This document shows positions 23,765 to 32,558 of a stretch of 33,137 nt of DNA, in pieces. The first letter of the stretch is position 1, and the number at the start of each line of letters is the position of its first letter. Origin of the DNA: a virus. Its lineage: Duplodnaviria; Caudoviricetes. The translations under genes and the position numbers were made by a program. The DNA is taken from positions 1 through 33,137 of IMG/VR virus record IMGVR_UViG_3300049009_000318. One strand, 5' to 3'. Under the pieces are notes generated by a model. That model was not told where the DNA came from. It ran no database searches and saw only the letters and a program-made list of their open reading frames with translations.

Positions 23765-24046
23765 TTAGTCGGTATCAGTTGCAGTAACAGTCACACCGTC
23801 AGTGATGTCCACAACCGTGCCGGTGTTGGAATTCACATAAGCAGTGGACATCACAGGAGTGCCGCCCGTTGCCGAGTAGCAGAAGATGATGTCGCCAACC
23901 TTAAGGATGGATGCCACCGAATTGAAGTACCCAGACACGCGAATCGCAGACTGTGCGTCTGTGGATGCGTAGGTATAAATTGCGGGAGCATTGCCAGCCT
24001 TGGATTGACCGCCAACGGCATTGAAGCCAGTAGATGAAAAAGCCAT
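23765..24046 (-). CDS. Small virion protein (possible capsid decoration)
   Basis: AGGAG RBS; beta-rich, with GYFN...LKVGDII; directly after the major capsid gene. Confidence 0.7.
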   Translation of the reverse strand: MAFSSTGFNAVGGQSKAGNAPAIYTYASTDAQSAIRVSGYFNSVASILKVGDIIFCYSATGGTPVMSTAYVNSNTGTVVDITDGVTVTATDTD

Positions 24047-24062
24047 GTCAGTCTCCTATATA

Positions 24063-24905
24063 TCAAGATTCACGGCAGGTGATCGAAACGATACCTTCCG
24101 CGTCAATGGTGACTGCGCCAGCGCTGAAGACCTCGTTCACCAACCAAGAAGTCTTCTCGGCGATGTAGTTGATCTCGGTGCGCATGCCAATGCCTTCGCC
24201 GTAGCCGATTGCATCCTTGTGGAACGCAAAGCAGGTGCGGTCAAGCGAGCCGTCGATGGCCAGGCCACCTTCGGAGCGGTCACCCAACACATGGAACGTG
24301 AAGCCCAAGTAGGTGTTGATCTCGCCTTGCACCAGCGCTTTGACGCTGTTGAAGTCGGAGCTCGTCACGCTGGTTTCGGACAACAAGTTGGCCAGGCCGT
24401 TGGCATGAATCACGATGTGACGGCCATCAGGCGGCACATTGTTCTTGTCCATCAAGCGCTTTGCTTCGCGCAATTTGGCAATGTTCATGTTGCTGGTTGC
24501 GCCACCAATGCTGTTGGCCACGGTCAGGCTGGTGCCGGAAGAACCGAGTGCGTCCAGAATCATCTGATCTTGGCGACGGCCCATGGCACCGGCCACGACT
24601 TGCACCAGCTCTTGGCGCTCATCGAAGTTGACCTTGGCCTGGGAGAAGATGTCGCTGTACTCTGCGGCGTTGTAATCAGCCAACGTCAAGGTGACGGTGC
24701 TGAAGCCTACGTTCAGAGGGGTGACATCGGTTTGGGGCACGCGAATAGTCGCAACGCCTTTGCCCACTTTGGGGAATTTAACAGTTGAACCTTCGACTCC
24801 ACGACGCTGGCGAACCGCCGGGACAAGCATTGCTTTACCTTGGTAGGCTTGCTTGACCTCTGCATCGAACAGAGTCACAAAGGCGTTAGAAAGAGAAACG
24901 CTCAT
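24063..24905 (-). CDS. Major capsid protein (280 aa)
   Basis: F..EVKQAYQ, AMGRRQDQMILDAL, SSDFN.VKALVQGEIN.YLGF.F; follows the scaffold; GAGG RBS. Confidence 0.9.
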   Translation of the reverse strand: MSVSLSNAFVTLFDAEVKQAYQGKAMLVPAVRQRRGVEGSTVKFPKVGKGVATIRVPQTDVTPLNVGFSTVTLTLADYNAAEYSDIFSQAKVNFDERQELVQVVAGAMGRRQDQMILDALGSSGTSLTVANSIGGATSNMNIAKLREAKRLMDKNNVPPDGRHIVIHANGLANLLSETSVTSSDFNSVKALVQGEINTYLGFTFHVLGDRSEGGLAIDGSLDRTCFAFHKDAIGYGEGIGMRTEINYIAEKTSWLVNEVFSAGAVTIDAEGIVSITCRES

Positions 24906-25044
24906 TTGGATACCTCATTCGGTTGTTGGACTGGGTTCTCGCGCCGGTGAGCCTGAGAATCAGGGCCGATTGCTTGCTGGTATCGCCAGCCAATCGTCAG
25001 CATCCGCTGCGGTAAGGGTCGGTTGCCCGGTGGGCCTTGGCGCG

Positions 25045-25072
25045 ATTGTATGTCTTTTTTGCAACAGTGCAA
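25045..25072 (-). promoter_or_regulatory. Sigma70-type promoter for the capsid gene
   Basis: TTGCAC-16 nt-TACAAT just downstream of a terminator. Confidence 0.6.
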
Positions 25073-25093
25073 TAGGGGCTCTTGACTGTTGCA

Positions 25094-25120
25094 CAAAAAA
25101 GACCCAGCCGAAGCTGGGTC
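25094..25120 (-). terminator. Rho-independent terminator after the scaffold gene
   Basis: GACCCAGC-TTCG-GCTGGGTC followed by TTTTTT; C(UUCG)G tetraloop. Confidence 0.88.
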
Positions 25121-25141
25121 AAATGGCGACTGCCTTGGAGA

Positions 25142-25921
25142 TCACTTGAATGTAGCTTGAAACATCTTTTCGACCTTTTGGCGATAGCCGGGGTCGCTCT
25201 TGTATTTGGGGTCATTGACCATCTGATAGAGCTCATCCTTGCTGGGCGCTCCCTCAAGCTGCATGCTCTGAGTTGGCACCCGGCCCTCGTACGCTTCACG
25301 CACCTTCATCAGCGCGGTGATCCCGCGAGCGGTGCCGCCCATGATCTTGAACTCTTCAAAGTCATCCTTTGACCAGACACCCTTGTTGACCAGGCCGCGA
25401 GCCCAATCAACCATGCCGTTGACGATTGCATTGCCGTTGGGGCCGAGCTGCTTCATCTCGGCTGCCGGGTCAACCATGTCGCCCTGCATGATCTCTTTGG
25501 CCTGGGTCTGCAGGTTGTTGACCAGGTCATCAAAGGCAGCCTGAGACAGCCCGTTGTCCTTGGCCCAGCTTGACAGGGTTGTGGCGATGGGGTTGGTGTC
25601 GGCCTGGTCGCCAAAGGATTTGAGGTCGTATTTGCCGTCGGCTGGGGCTTTGTGCTTGCCCTGGCTGATTTGCTTACGCAGATCTGACCAGCTCTTGGCG
25701 ATGCCTTCTAGGTCTGGCTCGTTGGAGTCCTTCTTCCAGAAGTTCTCTGGCCAGAAGTCTGGCCGCTCCAGCGGTTCATCAGGCGCTGGCGCGTCTGGTG
25801 CTGCCGCTTTGTGGTCGATCTCGACCGCTTGGGGATTGTCTGGCTTGGTGGTGTCGTCAGTCACTTGCACGTTGTCAAGTAGGCCGGTTCCACCGGGCTC
25901 GACGGTTGCTGTGTCGGTCAT
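25142..25921 (-). CDS. Capsid scaffolding protein
   Basis: Acidic N-terminus, RPDFWPENFW, C-terminal DPKYKSDPGYRQKVEKMF; between portal and capsid. Confidence 0.8.
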   Translation of the reverse strand: MTDTATVEPGGTGLLDNVQVTDDTTKPDNPQAVEIDHKAAAPDAPAPDEPLERPDFWPENFWKKDSNEPDLEGIAKSWSDLRKQISQGKHKAPADGKYDLKSFGDQADTNPIATTLSSWAKDNGLSQAAFDDLVNNLQTQAKEIMQGDMVDPAAEMKQLGPNGNAIVNGMVDWARGLVNKGVWSKDDFEEFKIMGGTARGITALMKVREAYEGRVPTQSMQLEGAPSKDELYQMVNDPKYKSDPGYRQKVEKMFQATFK

Positions 25922-26181
25922 AGTTTCCTTGCTGTGTTGATCCGTACCTCGATGTCCCTCACCACCGTCCTCTGCCCTTCGGCAAAATAGGCGTGTGAGG
26001 GGTCAGTGCCCGGCACGGCGATGGGCACATTCACATACATGTCGCGCAGCCACTGGAGTAGCTTCTGGCCATCCTCTGAGCCAAACACTCGCAAGGTCAA
26101 CCGAGCCAAGTCCTCGCGCTTTTGGTCAACCTCGCGGATGTCGCTTGTTTCGCCAATGGCGTTGATTTCGTCCCAGCTCAT
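25918..26181 (-). CDS. Head-module protein (BPP-1 Bbp19-like)
   Basis: VFGSEDGQKLLQWL...FAEGQRTVVRDI; directly after the portal. Confidence 0.75.
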   Translation of the reverse strand: MSWDEINAIGETSDIREVDQKREDLARLTLRVFGSEDGQKLLQWLRDMYVNVPIAVPGTDPSHAYFAEGQRTVVRDIEVRINTARKL

Positions 26182-27791
26182 GCTGGCATCCCTTGTGGCG
26201 CAGGCAGCGCAGGCATACCGGCACCAGCCTGGGCCTGCATGGCCATGGCCTGTGCAATGGCTTGCTGCTGCTGCTGGTTCTTCATCTCTTCCATGAGCAC
26301 GGCACGCTCGGCTGCGGTATTGCGCACGGCAGCAGGCACACCCAGCTTGTCGGCCAAGTAGTCCACCAGCATGTCGGTCTTGATGGCGAGCTGGCCATCG
26401 GTGCCCAGGCTCTGGCTGATCTGCATGTACTGCATGATTGCGTTGACCTCTTCCATGTTCTGGGCCATGGCCAGCGGAGCCACCGGGGTGACCTTGACCT
26501 CCAACCCATTGACGCGCAGGGGCATGTCGATCAGGCCACGCTCATCCATGACCTCCAAGATCTTGGCGGTCACAGGGATCATGGTCTCGTTGATCAGTCG
26601 GCCAAAGGCAGAGCCCAGGTTCTGGGCCAGCTCCTTCATGCGCTCGACGATCTCGGTGGCCGACCGGGCGCTCATGTTGTCTGGCGGCAGCGATTCGTCC
26701 AGCAGGATGCGCTTGACGTTTGAGCGCAGGTCGTTGATCACCAACTGGCTGATGTTGAAATCGCCAGACCGAGGCAGGGGCAGCAGGGCTGGGCCTTGTG
26801 AGCCGCCATTGCGTGCCACTGGAATGATCGCGCCCGGCACGATCTTGACCGTGTTGGGGTTGAGCACACCATCGTCTGCAGCGGTATAGACACCCGCCAC
26901 GGCCAGCGATGCGTTCTTGAGCAACAGCTCGATGGTCTTGTTCAGCGTCTTGATGTCGGGGAGGGCGGTCATCAGTGGGCCACGGCCATATATCTCGCCA
27001 GCCACCTTCATGTACCGGCTGATCACCCATGGCGACATCTTGCGGCGGCGATAAACCAGCTCCTGCTTAGAGGCCTTGTCGATAACGTGGTAGCAGTAGT
27101 CGCCACGCTTGTGGTCGTAGATGGTGGCTTCCAGCAGCTCGATGTCATCAGTTGGCTTTTGCTCGATGCGCCGGGCCATGTCGTCAGGGATCTCGGCATC
27201 TGGCCACTGGCGCTGGATGCTTTCACCCTTCATGCGCATGCGGCGGTAGACGTTGTCCACCTGGCCATTGGCACCCTCCTCGTAGCTCACCAAGAAGAGC
27301 GGCACAGGGATGAAGTTGAGCGGCTGCACATCGTCACCTGGTTGCACCATCATGCAGGCGGTGCCAACAGCCAGATCCAGCAAGAACTCGCCCATGGCGA
27401 TGTCAAAGTTGGACTGGTTCAGCATGGTGAACATCTTGTCTTGGTAGACCTCCAGCACGGCTTGCGCTTGCTGTTTGCGTTCAAACGGGATGTCCGAGCC
27501 AGCTTCCAGCTTGGCCCATTTGCGCTGTGGTGGAAATACCACAGACTGCAGCCGGTTGGCAAAACGCTGGGTGGAGTTGATGGCGGTCGAGTCAAAGACG
27601 CGCTGCATCTTCTTGGAGCCAGTGGCACCACCCTCCCACACACCGTAGAGCTGGCGCTGGGGCAGGGCGAATTCGTAGGCATCTTGGTAGAGCTGCTGGA
27701 ATTCGTCCTTCTTGGCTTGTGCAGCCACCTGCCGCTTGAGGATCTGATCTGGTGTCAGGCGCATGCCGCCAGGTGCATCATTCGTTGCCAT
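26178..27791 (-). CDS. Portal (head-to-tail connector, T7 gp8/Bbp21-like)
   Basis: VFDSTA, DLAVGTA, GEIYGRGP...ALPDIKTLN and SATEIVER motifs. Start re-called at ATG 27791 after AAGGAAG. Confidence 0.93.
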   Translation of the reverse strand: MATNDAPGGMRLTPDQILKRQVAAQAKKDEFQQLYQDAYEFALPQRQLYGVWEGGATGSKKMQRVFDSTAINSTQRFANRLQSVVFPPQRKWAKLEAGSDIPFERKQQAQAVLEVYQDKMFTMLNQSNFDIAMGEFLLDLAVGTACMMVQPGDDVQPLNFIPVPLFLVSYEEGANGQVDNVYRRMRMKGESIQRQWPDAEIPDDMARRIEQKPTDDIELLEATIYDHKRGDYCYHVIDKASKQELVYRRRKMSPWVISRYMKVAGEIYGRGPLMTALPDIKTLNKTIELLLKNASLAVAGVYTAADDGVLNPNTVKIVPGAIIPVARNGGSQGPALLPLPRSGDFNISQLVINDLRSNVKRILLDESLPPDNMSARSATEIVERMKELAQNLGSAFGRLINETMIPVTAKILEVMDERGLIDMPLRVNGLEVKVTPVAPLAMAQNMEEVNAIMQYMQISQSLGTDGQLAIKTDMLVDYLADKLGVPAAVRNTAAERAVLMEEMKNQQQQQAIAQAMAMQAQAGAGMPALPAPQGMPA

Positions 27792-28245
27792 TTTCTTCTT
27801 CCTTTTCGTCTGTGATCGGGCCACCCACCAGCCACGCATCACAGGTGCGGGTGTCGGCGCACTTGAAGTGCAGCAGCTCGCAGTAGCCAAGGCCAGCAGA
27901 CTCAATTACGTCTTCGTCATATCCGGCCTCTTGCTCTGGTCGCTTGGCCTCAATGCCTGCCTTGATGCAGTCCAGCATCTGCTTGGTCACAATGAATGCA
28001 GAGCAGTTGCCGCAGCGCATGCCCATGGCCTCGGCCTCGCTGGTGTTGAGCATGATCGACTTCTTGAGCCAGAAGACCCGGTTGTTTTCGGTGTCGTTAG
28101 GGTTGGCCGGGCCATAGCCGTAGTGCTCAAACGCAAAGTTGCGAGCCTTGAGGTTTTCAGCCAAGTCGCGTGTGGCGATGGGGCAGGAATACTCCTCTTG
28201 CTCCAGCTCTGCATCCATCAGCATGGCGCGTTTGGTTGCCATCAT
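27778..28245 (-). CDS. Cys-rich conserved phage protein (155 aa)
   Basis: CPIATRD, YGYGPANP, CGNCSAF, GYCELLHFKCADTRTCDAW. Confidence 0.8.
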   Translation of the reverse strand: MMATKRAMLMDAELEQEEYSCPIATRDLAENLKARNFAFEHYGYGPANPNDTENNRVFWLKKSIMLNTSEAEAMGMRCGNCSAFIVTKQMLDCIKAGIEAKRPEQEAGYDEDVIESAGLGYCELLHFKCADTRTCDAWLVGGPITDEKEEENGNE

Positions 28246-28403
28246 TTGCCTTTCTTGAGCTTGTCGGCTTCGCTCATTGCGATTGCAACGGCTTGCTCGC
28301 GGCTGGCCACCTTGTCACCGCTTGAGCTTTTGAGCTTGCCAGCCTTGTACTCACGCATGACCTTGTGAACCTTGTCTTGCATCTTGGCTTTCATGTCTTT
28401 CAT
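28242..28403 (-). CDS. Small basic protein, DUF6496-like (53 aa)
   Basis: Hand-translated MKDMKAKMQDKVHKVMREYKAGKLKSSSGDKVASREQAVAIAMSEADKLKKGK; AGGAG RBS. Confidence 0.8.
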   Translation of the reverse strand: MKDMKAKMQDKVHKVMREYKAGKLKSSSGDKVASREQAVAIAMSEADKLKKGK

Positions 28404-29005
28404 CATTGAGCTCCTGAGAGTAGGGGTCTTGTTGCTTTGCGAGACACAGCACCCAGCTTGGCAGCCTTACGCTCTCCGACCTCACGCTTGAATGTGCCTT
28501 CAGCCTCTGTCTTTTTGGCCGCAAACTGTGAAGAGTCGAACTCCTCAATGGTCGGGGCAGCGGGTATCTCTGGCGGTGCCGGTGCTGTCTCAGTAAATTT
28601 GGGGATCTCTTTGGGCGCGTAGTAGGTAAAGGCCTCTTGCCTGGTCTCATAGCCAGCCAATCCAAACAATCCCCACCTTGGTGTTTTGATTTCTTTGTAC
28701 CCTGTCATCGGAATGACTGGGTTCTTCTGAATATCGGCCAACATCGTGTTGTAGTCGTCCAGCTTCTTCTGGTAAGCGGCCTTCTGCGTTTCGTATGTCG
28801 GCAGCAGCGACTCTTTATAAGTCGCCATCTGCGCTTCATACGGCCTCATCTTCTCGGCCACGCCAGCTTGGTAGCCGGTGAAGGCGGTCTGGTACTCGCC
28901 TGTCAATTGATCAACACTGGTCTTGTACTGTTTGGCCAGACGATCAATGTCAGATGAGCTGCGCCTGGCAATCTGGCGCTGTTTGAATTGGGGCAGGGTG
29001 GCCAT
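28403..29005 (-). CDS. Hypothetical protein (200 aa), probably virion-associated
   Basis: Long coupled ORF upstream of the portal. Confidence 0.7.
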   Translation of the reverse strand: MATLPQFKQRQIARRSSSDIDRLAKQYKTSVDQLTGEYQTAFTGYQAGVAEKMRPYEAQMATYKESLLPTYETQKAAYQKKLDDYNTMLADIQKNPVIPMTGYKEIKTPRWGLFGLAGYETRQEAFTYYAPKEIPKFTETAPAPPEIPAAPTIEEFDSSQFAAKKTEAEGTFKREVGERKAAKLGAVSRKATRPLLSGAQ

Positions 29006-29454
29006 TACTGCAACCTCATCCCGCCGCTGTTAAAGTCAACCGGGATGCCCAGCTCTGCGTCCATGCGCTCACCTGAGAGCAGGGATCTGCGGCCACCACG
29101 GGTGCGAGCCTTGAGCGCGGAGGCCTCGGCAGAGGCTGCCTTGCGGCGCTCCTCGTCGGCTGCGGCCTGCACTTCCTTGGCCTTGCGCTCCATCTCCAGC
29201 TTGTTCGTCGCATAGTTGGCCTGGGATGTCTCAAACTGCTGGCGAGCGGTCTGAGCTTGCTGCTCAAGTGACGCACCCTGCTTGGCGTACTCAGCCGTCT
29301 GTCGAGACAGCTCGGTGCGCATTGCAGCTTGGTCAGCGGCCTGCTGCGCCAGCAATGTGCGCTGATCATTCTCAGCTTGCTCACGCGATTTGCGCGCTTG
29401 ATCAGCGCTGACTGCGGTGCTCAATACGATGGCACCAGTGATCCAGTAGCTCAT
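29005..29454 (-). CDS. Hypothetical coiled-coil protein (149 aa), probably virion-associated
   Basis: Hydrophobic N-terminus, coiled coil, RGGRRSLLS tail; AAGGAG RBS. Confidence 0.72.
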   Translation of the reverse strand: MSYWITGAIVLSTAVSADQARKSREQAENDQRTLLAQQAADQAAMRTELSRQTAEYAKQGASLEQQAQTARQQFETSQANYATNKLEMERKAKEVQAAADEERRKAASAEASALKARTRGGRRSLLSGERMDAELGIPVDFNSGGMRLQ

Positions 29455-29927
29455 GTGGTTATCTCCTTGTGTTCAAAAACTTCCATTCCAAGTTCGGCGT
29501 ATTCCAGCGCAGTGAACATGTCTTCCAGTGTCTTGATGTCTGTCTCATCGGTTGGATTCGGATGGATCGTCGTCCAGATCGCATCCTCATGGGTATGCAC
29601 CACCCGCTTGGTGCCAGCCTCAGAGATGAATGACGCTGGCGCTGTGTGTGTCTCCAGCCCAAACTCGGTGTAGCAGGTAATGCTGCCCTGGCTGATGATG
29701 TTGAAGTGGCGATGCCGGTGGATTTTGCCCACCACCACGGTGCCAGCAGGCAGGTGGATCTCACGCGCATAGATGCCGGGTGCCAGCCAGTGCTTGAGCG
29801 GCGGCGATTCATCCATCCGCTCACCATCCGGCAGCGCCTGACAAGCCTTTTGAATGGCCATGATCTTCTGCCGCGCAATCGGCGCAGGCAGATTCGTCGA
29901 TGGCATTTCAATGATGGCTGTGCTCAT
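29451..29927 (-). CDS. Cupin-fold protein
   Basis: H..APGIYARE..LPAGT.VVGKIHRHRHFNIISQG...GTKR...HED..W.TIH. Confidence 0.75.
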   Translation of the reverse strand: MSTAIIEMPSTNLPAPIARQKIMAIQKACQALPDGERMDESPPLKHWLAPGIYAREIHLPAGTVVVGKIHRHRHFNIISQGSITCYTEFGLETHTAPASFISEAGTKRVVHTHEDAIWTTIHPNPTDETDIKTLEDMFTALEYAELGMEVFEHKEITT

Positions 29928-29935
29928 GGCAAAGG

Positions 29936-29985
29936 ATTCTAATGGGCTTTGGACATGCGGCAATGGCTGTATATCAGCCAGATAT
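29936..29985 (-). promoter_or_regulatory. Promoter with upstream operator, before the cupin/portal operon
   Basis: TTGCCG-16 nt-TAGAAT ending 8 nt before the ATG. Operator TGTATATCAGCCAGATAT at 29968-29985. Confidence 0.6.
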
Positions 29986-29989
29986 AGCC

Positions 29990-31543
29990 CTATGCAAACA
30001 CATCAAAGTCAGTGGTTGCGCTGGATTGGCCGGGTGGCCTGGCACCGTAGCTGTTTGTGCGGGTCATGCGGTTGTATTCGCCCCCGCCCAGCATCAGGTA
30101 GCCGAAACTGTCGCCAATGTGTGAGTGTTCGTTCTTGTTTGGGGCATCTCTGAAGCGCTCCTGGCCAGCTCCGACCGCCACCCGCTTGAAGTGGTAGCCG
30201 CCGCCCAGGGCTTTGCGCAGCAGCTTGCACTCGCGGCTCACAATCAGGCCTGGCTTGCCGTTGATCAGGCGCTGCATGGGGGCTGCAGAGGCCTCGCGGC
30301 GCACCTTGAAGTCGTTGCTGGCCGTTGGCTGGGCCTTGAGCCCCAAGGTTCGCAGGAAATCAAAGGCCGTGACCTCGTAGATCGCGTCCCTGGCCATGCC
30401 TGCCGGGTCGCCCCAGATCATCACCTGGTGGTTTGGCCACCTGGAGTTGAGCTCGGCAAGCAATTGCTGGCCAAACCGCTCCAGCCCCATGTCAAAGGTC
30501 ACGATCTCATGCAAGATCTGCCATCTGCCGTTGGGCAAACGCTGGCCAATGGTGGCTGCCGGGGTCAATCCGAAGTCCAAACCCACCTGGATGGGCACAT
30601 CTTTGCTCACTTCCACGTCACCAGACATCGAGCTGTCCTCGTATTCTGGCCAGACGGGCCTGCCTTCTTGCACATAGGTGTATTCGCCCCCGGCATAGCA
30701 GCGGATCCAGTCCAGGTTCTTGCCCAGCAGCATCTGCTGGTAGTAGCCGCCGGGCAGGTTGTTGACGTTCTCGGCGCGAGGGTTGAGCTTCCACCACTTG
30801 CCAGCGCTGTATATGTGGTCTTGGGCCTCTGGCATCTCGGGCAGGTCTTCGACATCGACCGGCACCACGCCGCCAGGCTGCTTGAAGAACTTCCAGGCAT
30901 AGGGGCCGGTCATCTTTTCCTTCTCGGCCATCTTGTGCCACCAATGATCGTCATCCATGGGGTTGGTGTCCATCCAGATCCCATGCCATGAGGCACCGCC
31001 ATCGCGCTTGGTGGGGTAGCGGCCAACCCGGTGGGTCAACCCGTCGATCACCGCCTTGGGCAGCTCTCGCGCCTCATTGACCCAGGCACCCGTGAGCTCC
31101 AGCGACAACAGCTTCCTGACATCCTTGGGCTGGTCAAGGGCCAAGAAGATGACCTCGCAGTCGATCCCCGCGGCATCCCCACGGGCAGGCAGCCGGATGT
31201 GGTGGGTGATGGGGGGTGTCCACAGCATGGGGCCAAAGGTGTTCTCAGGAAAGAGATCCAGCCACGTCTTAATGGTGGTGGTCTTCAGCATGGGGTAGCT
31301 GTTCCTGACAATCGCCCAGCGCGAGTACTTGATGCCATCAATCGGGCTTGGCTTTTGTTGGACAGCTTTGAGCATGATCTTGGCCGCGCAGCCATAAGAC
31401 TTGCCCGACCCCACCGGCCCCATCACGCCCTGCACAAAAGCCTTGCTCTGGATGAAGTCGTAGATCACAGGCGACTTGCTGAAGTCCAGGTTCAGCCCGG
31501 TGATGGGCACCTCCTTGCCTGATGTCTCTTTGGTTCTGCTCAT
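29990..31543 (-). CDS. terL: Terminase large subunit
   Basis: Walker A GPVGSGKS, Walker B GAWVNE, motif III DTNP, nuclease GLDFG...GDPAG...SH..D. Confidence 0.95.
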   Translation of the reverse strand: MSRTKETSGKEVPITGLNLDFSKSPVIYDFIQSKAFVQGVMGPVGSGKSYGCAAKIMLKAVQQKPSPIDGIKYSRWAIVRNSYPMLKTTTIKTWLDLFPENTFGPMLWTPPITHHIRLPARGDAAGIDCEVIFLALDQPKDVRKLLSLELTGAWVNEARELPKAVIDGLTHRVGRYPTKRDGGASWHGIWMDTNPMDDDHWWHKMAEKEKMTGPYAWKFFKQPGGVVPVDVEDLPEMPEAQDHIYSAGKWWKLNPRAENVNNLPGGYYQQMLLGKNLDWIRCYAGGEYTYVQEGRPVWPEYEDSSMSGDVEVSKDVPIQVGLDFGLTPAATIGQRLPNGRWQILHEIVTFDMGLERFGQQLLAELNSRWPNHQVMIWGDPAGMARDAIYEVTAFDFLRTLGLKAQPTASNDFKVRREASAAPMQRLINGKPGLIVSRECKLLRKALGGGYHFKRVAVGAGQERFRDAPNKNEHSHIGDSFGYLMLGGGEYNRMTRTNSYGARPPGQSSATTDFDVFA

Positions 31544-31551
31544 ATCGATCC

Positions 31552-31713
31552 TTAATTTGTTTCTTGCGCCAGCCCGTCATCATCGGCCTCACACTTCTCA
31601 CAGCCCGGATGATCAGGATCCCTGCAGTCAGGGTTGGCCATCAGCCTGGCACGCTGCTGGTTCAAATAGAGCTGCTCCATGCGCATCTCAATGATGTCTT
31701 GTTGGTCAACCAT
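31552..31713 (-). CDS. Small C-x4-H-x2-C-x2-C protein (53 aa)
   Basis: Hand-translated MVDQQDIIEMRMEQLYLNQQRARLMANPDCRDPDHPGCEKCEADDDGLAQETN; AGGA RBS. Confidence 0.65.
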   Translation of the reverse strand: MVDQQDIIEMRMEQLYLNQQRARLMANPDCRDPDHPGCEKCEADDDGLAQETN

Positions 31714-31828
31714 GCTTTATCCTAATCAAGCGGCTGAATTGATCAGTCTTGCCGCAATAGCTTTTGATCCAGGCCTTGTTCACATCTCGACTGAGCTGTT
31801 GCCCACACTTAGAGCAGCGGTACATCAT
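31706..31828 (-). CDS. Small Zn-ribbon-like protein (40 aa)
   Basis: Hand-translated MMYRCSKCGQQLSRDVNKAWIKSYCGKTDQFSRLIRIKHG; ATGA overlap with terS. Confidence 0.55.
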   Translation of the reverse strand: MMYRCSKCGQQLSRDVNKAWIKSYCGKTDQFSRLIRIKHG

Positions 31829-32286
31829 CTGCGCTCACCTTCAATGCCATCTGGCTCCACGTCAGTTACATCCGGTGCCATCACATTGATGCCCAGCACA
31901 GATGGCCTGTCCTCGTTGTCAGGGTTGTCCAGCAAACCAGAAGCCTTGGCCAGCAACCGCAGCACCCCAACCTTGTCATACAGCTCGATCTCCAGCGTGC
32001 TGTATGTGTCGCCATCCTTGTCCTTCCTGGTCTGAACCCGGATGTTCTTGATCGCGTGCAGCGCATGCTCGGGGATCTCATGGCTTGCCTTCACCTTGAC
32101 ATTACCCTGGTCATCCCAGGACATGATGTCTGTCAGCTTGGTGTTGGCCATGGACAGCAGCGCATAAGCCACCGCCTCCTTGTTGGCCAGCAGGGTCGAG
32201 CTGCGCTCCAGTCGGCGCTGCACCGACCTCACCCCACCCCAGTTGGTCAGGGGCGGCACCACAGGGCTTTGCTTAATCCTGGCCAT
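31825..32286 (-). CDS. terS: Terminase small subunit
   Basis: Upstream of terL; DIMSWD...AIKNI...IELYDKVGVLRLLAKASGLL resembles the TerS C-terminal half. Confidence 0.75.
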   Translation of the reverse strand: MARIKQSPVVPPLTNWGGVRSVQRRLERSSTLLANKEAVAYALLSMANTKLTDIMSWDDQGNVKVKASHEIPEHALHAIKNIRVQTRKDKDGDTYSTLEIELYDKVGVLRLLAKASGLLDNPDNEDRPSVLGINVMAPDVTDVEPDGIEGERR

Positions 32287-32558
32287 CAGAACGGTATATC
32301 GTCATCATTGTCAGGCGCAGCAGACCCCAAAGGCGGCACCGAGCTCGCCACAGGCTGCTGTTGGCATCTGTCGCCAATCTGACAAGAGATCCACTTCTCG
32401 CCAGCCTGGGTCGTCTTCGTCCAGCCCTTGAACCAGTGCAGCGTCCCGTCAGGCAGCATGATCTTGCCACTCAGGTTGGGGTCTTTCTTGTCGGGCCTCA
32501 TGTCCTTGTTTTTAAAAAGTGAACCACTGTTGGGTCTGATCTCAAAGTTAGTAGCCAT
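32286..32558 (-). CDS. Putative single-stranded DNA-binding protein
   Basis: GSLFKN...P.LSGKI...GW.K OB-like core and an acidic DDDIPF C-terminus; AAGGAG RBS. Confidence 0.7.
   Translation of the reverse strand: MATNFEIRPNSGSLFKNKDMRPDKKDPNLSGKIMLPDGTLHWFKGWTKTTQAGEKWISCQIGDRCQQQPVASSVPPLGSAAPDNDDDIPF

Noticed and set aside
24047-24080. T7-style capsid frameshift into the next gene
   Set aside because: No slippery site seen, and the downstream gene has its own AGGAG RBS.
27792-27905. N-terminal extension of the portal given in the ORF track
   Set aside because: It overlaps the Cys-rich gene; the RBS supports ATG 27791.
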